A stretch of 64,000 nt of DNA, taken from positions 15,325 to 79,324 of the forward strand of contig CALYBB010000038.1 in NCBI GenBank assembly GCA_944393715.1, in the 5' to 3' direction. A program made the position numbers and the translations under genes. Under the pieces are notes generated by a model, which worked only from the letters and a program-made list of their open reading frames with translations, was not told the DNA's origin and searched no databases. Below are positions 58,482 through 64,000 of the stretch, piece by piece. Origin of the DNA: an uncultured Alphaproteobacteria bacterium. Lineage in GTDB: Bacteria > Pseudomonadota > Alphaproteobacteria > RF32 > CAG-239. The stretch's first letter is position 1. Each line of letters begins with the position of its first letter.

Positions 58482-59417
58482 CTATTTTTTTAGTCGGCAG
58501 GTAGCGCCGATGAGTTTGTTATCCAAGCGCTCTTCCGGCAGGCCAGAAGGGTCTTGGTGAATGATAATTTGAGCATTGGGATAAACTTCGCGGATAAGGT
58601 TTTCTACTTCGTCGGTATATTTATGGGCGGTATATAAATCCAAACTGCCATCCAATTCAATATGAAACTCAAACATGTATGCGCCGCCCAAACTGCGTGT
58701 GCGCAGATCGTGAATCTTTGGAGCCAGCGGGTGTTTGCTGACGATTTTATAAATTGAGCGGCGAATATCATCGCTCAATTCCCGATCCAGAAGCAGAAAA
58801 ACAGCATCTCGGCCGAGTATATATGCGTTGTAAAGAAGATAAATCGAAATGGCTCCGGCCATAATTGTATCAATCCAGCTAATCTGCCAAAAATGAACGA
58901 TAACCAGAGAAATGATAATGGAGCTATTGGTCAGGATATCGACGCTATAGTGCATCGAATCGGCTTTAATTGCCGGAGAAGAGGTTTTTTTGGCTACATA
59001 ACGCTGGAAGGCAACCAAGATTAAAGTTAGAATCAGGCTTATGATCATGATGGTTAAGCCAAACCCTGTTTGGCTCAGCGGAAAGGGGGCTTTTAGTCGG
59101 AGAGCGGCATCATATAAAATAAACAGGCCAGATACAGCAATAAAGGCCGCCTGAAACAGTGCGCTTAGGGCTTCGGCTTTGCCATAGCCATAACGGTAAG
59201 AACAGTCTGCCGGCCGTACAGAAATTTTGACAGCTACCAGAGTAATTAATGAGGCAAAAATATCGGACAAGCTGTCGATCATGGAGGATAAAACAGCGAG
59301 AGATCCGGTATAAAAAACACCGATGCTTTTTATCAGGCAGAGGGATAATGCCAAACAAATTGAGCCAGAAGCTGCAATTTGTTTGAGCTTATTTGCTTGT
59401 TGCTGGGTTAACGGCAT
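58482..59417 (-). CDS. Cation diffusion facilitator (CDF) family metal efflux transporter
   Basis: Six TM helices with the SxxxD (SLSD) metal-site motif, and a C-terminal cytoplasmic domain. Confidence 0.8.
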   Translation of the reverse strand: MPLTQQQANKLKQIAASGSICLALSLCLIKSIGVFYTGSLAVLSSMIDSLSDIFASLITLVAVKISVRPADCSYRYGYGKAEALSALFQAAFIAVSGLFILYDAALRLKAPFPLSQTGFGLTIMIISLILTLILVAFQRYVAKKTSSPAIKADSMHYSVDILTNSSIIISLVIVHFWQISWIDTIMAGAISIYLLYNAYILGRDAVFLLLDRELSDDIRRSIYKIVSKHPLAPKIHDLRTRSLGGAYMFEFHIELDGSLDLYTAHKYTDEVENLIREVYPNAQIIIHQDPSGLPEERLDNKLIGATCRLKK

Positions 59418-62400
59418 TGATTAATTCCTTCATATCTTGAGCGGAAATTTGATAGAACCGTCCTTGCATTTTGTCGGCAAAGGCTTGTAACATGGTGTTA
59501 TTTATGGCACCATTGAAGCGAAATTGAACATAAAAGTTTTGTGCCTGTTCGTAAAATGCGAGTTCAAGATCTTTGAAGTATTCGCCGCTGGCATGAATGT
59601 GAAGAATTGGTTCTTGGGTTTTTGGTGTATCGGTTGTTGCTTTTAGCGGCGTGTTTAAAAATAAACCGACAATAGGTGCTGTGTCATCAGCGTTGTTGTT
59701 TCCGTTGATGGTACTGAAACGACCAAAGCCTAAATTCCACAGCGAGGCATAGGTCCAGTTGTGAAAATCAAGATTGAGATCAATCAGCTCTATTGCGGCG
59801 AGCCAGATTTGAAATTGTTCCGGCAGGCGGATATAGGCACCGAGAGAACCACGGCTCAGCTCAATATTGTAATTGCCTATATCAAAAGAGAGGAGCGGTT
59901 TTCCACTACCGCTATTGAGGCTGACGGAAACGGCAGAACTTGAGGAATTGTTCAGAGGCAAAAGCCCGAATCGCGGCAGATTTTCCAGTTTGTCGGCTTT
60001 TTTTTCATAAATGGATGCTTGGAGAAGAGATGTTAAAAAACTGCGGATACGATTTTGATTTACAAGAAAATCGGGTTGTTCTTTTAATATCCAGATATTG
60101 TTTTGTTTGGCAAAAGTCAGCTGTTTGTCAACGGTTTTGATAACGAGTTGTTCGACTTCATTAATTTTGGATGCCAGATCAGGAAAGAGAGGACGCCCTT
60201 CGTAAATCACAGAATTTTTTTCCGGAAGGAGCCAAATGCTGCCGAAACCAAGGCTTATGCAAATGACTGAAACAATTAGAACGATCCCAAAACAACGATT
60301 GAATTGCGGGTAAGCCGGTCGGCCGAATCTGATGCGGCGGAGCTTAAACAGCAGTGCGCCCAAAATAATCAGGCAGGGGATACTGTAAATGTCAAAGAAT
60401 TTGACCCAAAATTCAATTTTTTTCAGATTATCGTTCAGCTCGGTTCGGATGGCAAAAAGCTCATGCCGCTGTTGCTCAAGATCTTTTTTTATTTTGTTTA
60501 TGATTGACAATTCTTCGGGGGTAAAATTGTGCCGACCTTCAAAGGTCTTTTTATTCCAAATTTCGTTTAATCCGCGTTTGATTTGTCCTATTTTATCGAA
60601 GATATCTTTTTCTTTGATTTTAAATCGGCGCAAAATTTGTTTTTGCTGTTTATCCAAGGTAGTGAAAGGACGGATTGTCCGGCTTTTGCCGCGTAAATCC
60701 AAGAGCAAAGTGCTGCCGGATAATACGTCAAGCGCATTTAGAACAAAATTGCCGTTATCCAAGAGAGGAATGTTATATTGCTGATTGCCGACAAGAGCAG
60801 AGGTGGTCCAAAAAGAATCGTAAAGCATGTCGGAATCGCCGACGATGATAATATCCAGAGGTTGATTATTATTTTTGCCAAGGATGTGTGCCGCAATGAT
60901 TTTTGGGCGGTTATCGGCTTTGAAATGACGCAAAATTTCGGCGGGATGAATGTTTTGGGTTACAACTTCCGAGGACAGAAGCTCGGATTGATCACTGGCT
61001 TGAATTAAGGGAATGAAATGAGTGGGAGCGTCTTTCAGAGGCATGAAAATCGATGCCGAAGTAACCAGCATTCGTTTGAGATTGCGCGTTTCGGGCAATC
61101 CGGAGGTGAAACCTGACGGCATTAAGTAAAATTGGATTAGGTCTTGGGTGGTGCCGGCATAATCGGCTGTTTCAATACTGATTTCCGATGAGTTGTCGAG
61201 GTCAGCAACTACAGCGTTATCAAAAAAGCGAAAACCCCATTTTTCGGGAAGAGTTCCGTAGTCTGACTGATGGGATAGTTTTGTTTGGGGGCCGGCAAGT
61301 TTTAGAGCTTCCGCCGCGATGTCAAAAAAAGCCAGAATTTTGCCGCCGTCGACGGAATAATCGTAAATGGCACGCTCCATATCTTTCGGCATGGATTGCG
61401 GATGTGCGATTAGTAAAATATCGATGTTTTCAAGGTCTTTTGGGTTTTTGACAGGTTTAATATCGTAATATTTTTTCAGCTCAGAAGCAATTTTCCACTC
61501 GGGAAGGATAATGTTGTCGACGGAATTGCCGAGGAGAGGCAAGGAAGTCAATAAACCGAGAGTTTTCTTTTGGTGTTCCATAAGATAGATGTTTTCGGTT
61601 AAATCCTGTTCTAAAAGATTTTGCCGAGATAAGGGTAAGAAAGGAAGTGTCTGGCTTTTGCCGTTTTCGTTAACAAAAACAATGCCAAAATAAGCGGCGG
61701 CATTTAGATCAGGGACAGGTAAAGCCTGAAGTCCGGCAGTTATTGCGCGGTCTTCCGTGTCACTCAGAGGCTCGGGATTGTAAACGAGATAATTGAATTT
61801 TCCGTCGGAAATATCACGGTATGTTTGTAAGGTAAGCCGCAGTTTGTCAAAAAATAATCGCATTTGTTCATCGCGTTCGCCTAAAATTGGTGAGTAATAA
61901 ACCTTAGCTGTAACGGGTGCCGGCAGATTTTGGAGAATTTTGCGAGTAGAATTGCTGGGTGTGAAAAGCTGTTCTTCGGTAAAATCAATGCGCCATTGCC
62001 GTAAGGTGTTATTGGCAAACAAGTTGATCCCGACAAAAGACGCAAAAATAAGCAATGCGGCAATTATGCCTCCGCTGACCGATGTTGTTTTGAGCCAGCT
62101 TAAGATTCCAGATGTCTTGAATACGATGATCAGGACGGTAAAAAAATTAAACATCAAGATCAGCGAAGCGAAAAAAATAAGATCACGTAATTCGAAAATG
62201 CCTAAATTAAAATTGGCGGCGTGCGTCAGAAAGCTGAAAGACGATATCATATCAATGATGTAATCCGGCGCAAAATTTCTGAAAAATCCCAAAACATATT
62301 CCAAACCGCTCAAGAAAAACAGCAGGTTTATAAAAAAAGCAATAACCAGGGCAATTACCTGATTTTTGGTAAGAGCCGAGGCCGTTTGTGAAATAGCAAG

Positions 62401-62841
62401 CATGGCGCCGGAAAGCAAAAAAGCGCCCAGATAGCTGTTAAAGATAACAAAATTGTCCGGTTTGCCGAGAATGTTGACGGTGATGATAAAAGGAAAAGTC
62501 AAAAGTAATGCCAGCGTGCAGAAGATCCAAGCTGCAAAAAATTTGCCCCAAACCCATGCCGCTGCCGGTATGGGCAGAGTCATGGTTTGTAAAATTGTTC
62601 CGCTTTTGAATTCTTCTGCCCACAACCGCATGGCAATGCCTGGAATAAATAAAAGCAAAATCCATGGTAAATAGGCAAACATTGGGTGCAAAGAGGCGTT
62701 GCCGGATGTAAAAATACCGCCGAAATACAGCGCAAAAGAGCTATTCAGGAGCAAAAAACAAACAAGATAGACATAAGCCAGTGGTGAAATAAAATAGCGA
62801 TAAAATTCGCCTTTGGCGATTTGAAAAGTTTTTGATATCAT
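59389..62841 (-). CDS. Fusion protein: ABC-2 type permease (GldF-like) + GldG-like ABC auxiliary domain + C-terminal DUF4340-like domain
   Basis: N-terminal ~260 aa polytopic ABC-2 permease. Central extracytoplasmic domain, another TM helix, and a C-terminal ~400-aa domain. Translationally coupled by a 4-bp overlap to the upstream ATPase. Confidence 0.6.
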   Translation of the reverse strand: MISKTFQIAKGEFYRYFISPLAYVYLVCFLLLNSSFALYFGGIFTSGNASLHPMFAYLPWILLLFIPGIAMRLWAEEFKSGTILQTMTLPIPAAAWVWGKFFAAWIFCTLALLLTFPFIITVNILGKPDNFVIFNSYLGAFLLSGAMLAISQTASALTKNQVIALVIAFFINLLFFLSGLEYVLGFFRNFAPDYIIDMISSFSFLTHAANFNLGIFELRDLIFFASLILMFNFFTVLIIVFKTSGILSWLKTTSVSGGIIAALLIFASFVGINLFANNTLRQWRIDFTEEQLFTPSNSTRKILQNLPAPVTAKVYYSPILGERDEQMRLFFDKLRLTLQTYRDISDGKFNYLVYNPEPLSDTEDRAITAGLQALPVPDLNAAAYFGIVFVNENGKSQTLPFLPLSRQNLLEQDLTENIYLMEHQKKTLGLLTSLPLLGNSVDNIILPEWKIASELKKYYDIKPVKNPKDLENIDILLIAHPQSMPKDMERAIYDYSVDGGKILAFFDIAAEALKLAGPQTKLSHQSDYGTLPEKWGFRFFDNAVVADLDNSSEISIETADYAGTTQDLIQFYLMPSGFTSGLPETRNLKRMLVTSASIFMPLKDAPTHFIPLIQASDQSELLSSEVVTQNIHPAEILRHFKADNRPKIIAAHILGKNNNQPLDIIIVGDSDMLYDSFWTTSALVGNQQYNIPLLDNGNFVLNALDVLSGSTLLLDLRGKSRTIRPFTTLDKQQKQILRRFKIKEKDIFDKIGQIKRGLNEIWNKKTFEGRHNFTPEELSIINKIKKDLEQQRHELFAIRTELNDNLKKIEFWVKFFDIYSIPCLIILGALLFKLRRIRFGRPAYPQFNRCFGIVLIVSVICISLGFGSIWLLPEKNSVIYEGRPLFPDLASKINEVEQLVIKTVDKQLTFAKQNNIWILKEQPDFLVNQNRIRSFLTSLLQASIYEKKADKLENLPRFGLLPLNNSSSSAVSVSLNSGSGKPLLSFDIGNYNIELSRGSLGAYIRLPEQFQIWLAAIELIDLNLDFHNWTYASLWNLGFGRFSTINGNNNADDTAPIVGLFLNTPLKATTDTPKTQEPILHIHASGEYFKDLELAFYEQAQNFYVQFRFNGAINNTMLQAFADKMQGRFYQISAQDMKELINAVNPATSK

Positions 62842-63605
62842 TGATTTGCCTTTGTCAGTTTACTAAAAGCCTTTTCAAGCGAAAAACAGCGGGTTTGTTT
62901 TAAGATAGCGTCAAAGCTTCCGTCAGCTTTTATCTCACCTTTATCCATAATTAGAATTCGGTCGGCGACGGATTTGGCCTCTTCCAGAAGATGAGTCGAA
63001 ATCAAAATAGTCTTTTCTTTACGCATGGATGAGATCAATTTGAGCATGTGCTCTTTTTGGTTTGGGTCAAGTCCGTCTGTTGGTTCGTCAAGCAGCAGAA
63101 TCGGCGGATTGCCGAGCATGCTCGCGGCAAAACCGACGCGACGCTTATAGCCTTTTGAAAGTGTTTCGATTTTTTGGAAGGCCACATTTTTCAAGTTTGC
63201 CAGTTCTATCACTCTGTCGGTTTCTGTTGGCGGCAGAGATTTAAGTTTGGTCATGTAGTGCAGAAAATGTCGAACGTTCATATCGGTATAAAGCGGAGAA
63301 CCTTCGGGCAGAAAGCCGAGACAGCCTTTTGCTTTTAAGGGTGACGAAGCAAGATTGTGATTCAGGATGCTGATATGTCCGGCTGTCGGCGTTAGGTAAC
63401 CGACAATCATGTTTATCAAGGTTGATTTTCCCGCGCCATTCGGCCCCAGAAGGGCAACAATTTCTCCTGAAAACAGCTCTAAGCTTAAATCATTGACGGC
63501 TCGGATATGGTCAAAAAATTTGCTTAAATGGTCTATTTTAATGGTTGCTGACAAATTGTTATTCCTTAAAAAGATGGTAAAGGGTATTGTAATCCATAAA
63601 TGCAA
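62838..63605 (-). CDS. ABC transporter ATP-binding protein (GldA-like)
   Basis: Walker A GPNGAGKST, signature LSKGYKRR, Walker B LLLDEPT. Confidence 0.85.
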   Translation of the reverse strand: MHLWITIPFTIFLRNNNLSATIKIDHLSKFFDHIRAVNDLSLELFSGEIVALLGPNGAGKSTLINMIVGYLTPTAGHISILNHNLASSPLKAKGCLGFLPEGSPLYTDMNVRHFLHYMTKLKSLPPTETDRVIELANLKNVAFQKIETLSKGYKRRVGFAASMLGNPPILLLDEPTDGLDPNQKEHMLKLISSMRKEKTILISTHLLEEAKSVADRILIMDKGEIKADGSFDAILKQTRCFSLEKAFSKLTKANQ

Positions 63606-63622
63606 AGAAGCAAGAATTTAGT

Positions 63623-64000
63623 TTAGGGTTTGTTGACCTCATAAAGCACTATGGCTGCTGCCGCAGAGACATTCAGACTTTCTGTCAGAGAGGATATCGG
63701 CAGCCGGACGGAAATATCACAATTTTCTTCAACAAGACGGCGCATGCCTTTGCTTTCGGAGCCCATGATGATTGCAAGTTTTCCGGATTTGTCCAGCAGG
63801 TCTATGGTTGTTTGGGCGTGACCACTCATGCCAATAATCCAAAAATTGGCTTTTTTGAGTTGTTCAATGGCTCGTGATAAGTTGGTTACTCTGACGATAG
63901 GCAGATGTTCAATCATACCGGCAGCGGCTTTGTCCATAACGCCGCTTTCAAGGGGTGAATTTTTGTCTTGGACAATCAACGCCAAGGTATTAAAGGCGAC
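63623..64000 (-). CDS. SpoU/TrmH-family RNA 2'-O-methyltransferase (RlmB-like), C-terminal catalytic domain; N-terminus lies beyond the window
   Basis: SpoU motifs GSESKGM and LNVSAAAAIVLYE. Confidence 0.6.
   Translation of the reverse strand, partial: VAFNTLALIVQDKNSPLESGVMDKAAAGMIEHLPIVRVTNLSRAIEQLKKANFWIIGMSGHAQTTIDLLDKSGKLAIIMGSESKGMRRLVEENCDISVRLPISSLTESLNVSAAAAIVLYEVNKP

Overview
This 64-kb window comes from a low-GC (about 40%) alphaproteobacterial chromosome. Gene order is Rhizobiales-like and the content resembles a host-associated lineage such as Bartonella or Brucella, although the organism is not identified. Most of the window is core housekeeping: parE (partial), adk, cca, rlmN, yraN/lpoA-like/rsmI, ffs-dnaX-ybaB-recR, cvpA-radA, mlaEF, tsaE, parB-parA-rsmG-mnmG-mnmE-rho, an AT-rich putative oriC, coaE-dnaQ, dksA, maf-rng-yacG, rluD-rpoH, dnaB-rpmB and gpt. 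There are three tRNAs (Ala-GGC and Ala-CGC in tandem, and Arg-CCG) and a 4.5S SRP RNA. Several intergenic regions (6.6-7.0 kb, 15.5-15.9 kb, 29.9-30.3 kb) carry families of short MITE-like palindromic repeats built on an 11-bp terminal inverted repeat gtcatYctgag. The main accessory block is a 7.3-kb six-gene minus-strand operon (40154-47388) inserted between yacG and rluD. It ends in an orphan VirD4/TraG type-IV coupling ATPase with no VirB genes in view. Upstream of virD4 are two tandem paralogous membrane proteins and two large hydrophilic proteins with basic C-termini that are candidate T4SS substrates. Other points of interest are listed here.
- A eukaryotic-like Ser/Thr-kinase-like membrane protein that lacks the catalytic Asp, co-transcribed with a small membrane protein and divergent from a PAS/degenerate-GGDEF gene.
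- An orphan HydF-like [FeFe]-hydrogenase maturation GTPase.
- An A9 slippery tract in dnaX at the tau/gamma junction position, with a -1-frame stop two codons downstream.
- A PHP plus HD phosphohydrolase pair inserted into the mnmG-rsmG cluster.
- Tandem YcgN paralogs.
- A 62-bp direct duplication of the tRNA-Arg 3' end.
- A secreted/surface gene cluster with an IalB-family protein, an outer-membrane beta-barrel, a TadE-like prepilin and a FliX-like protein.
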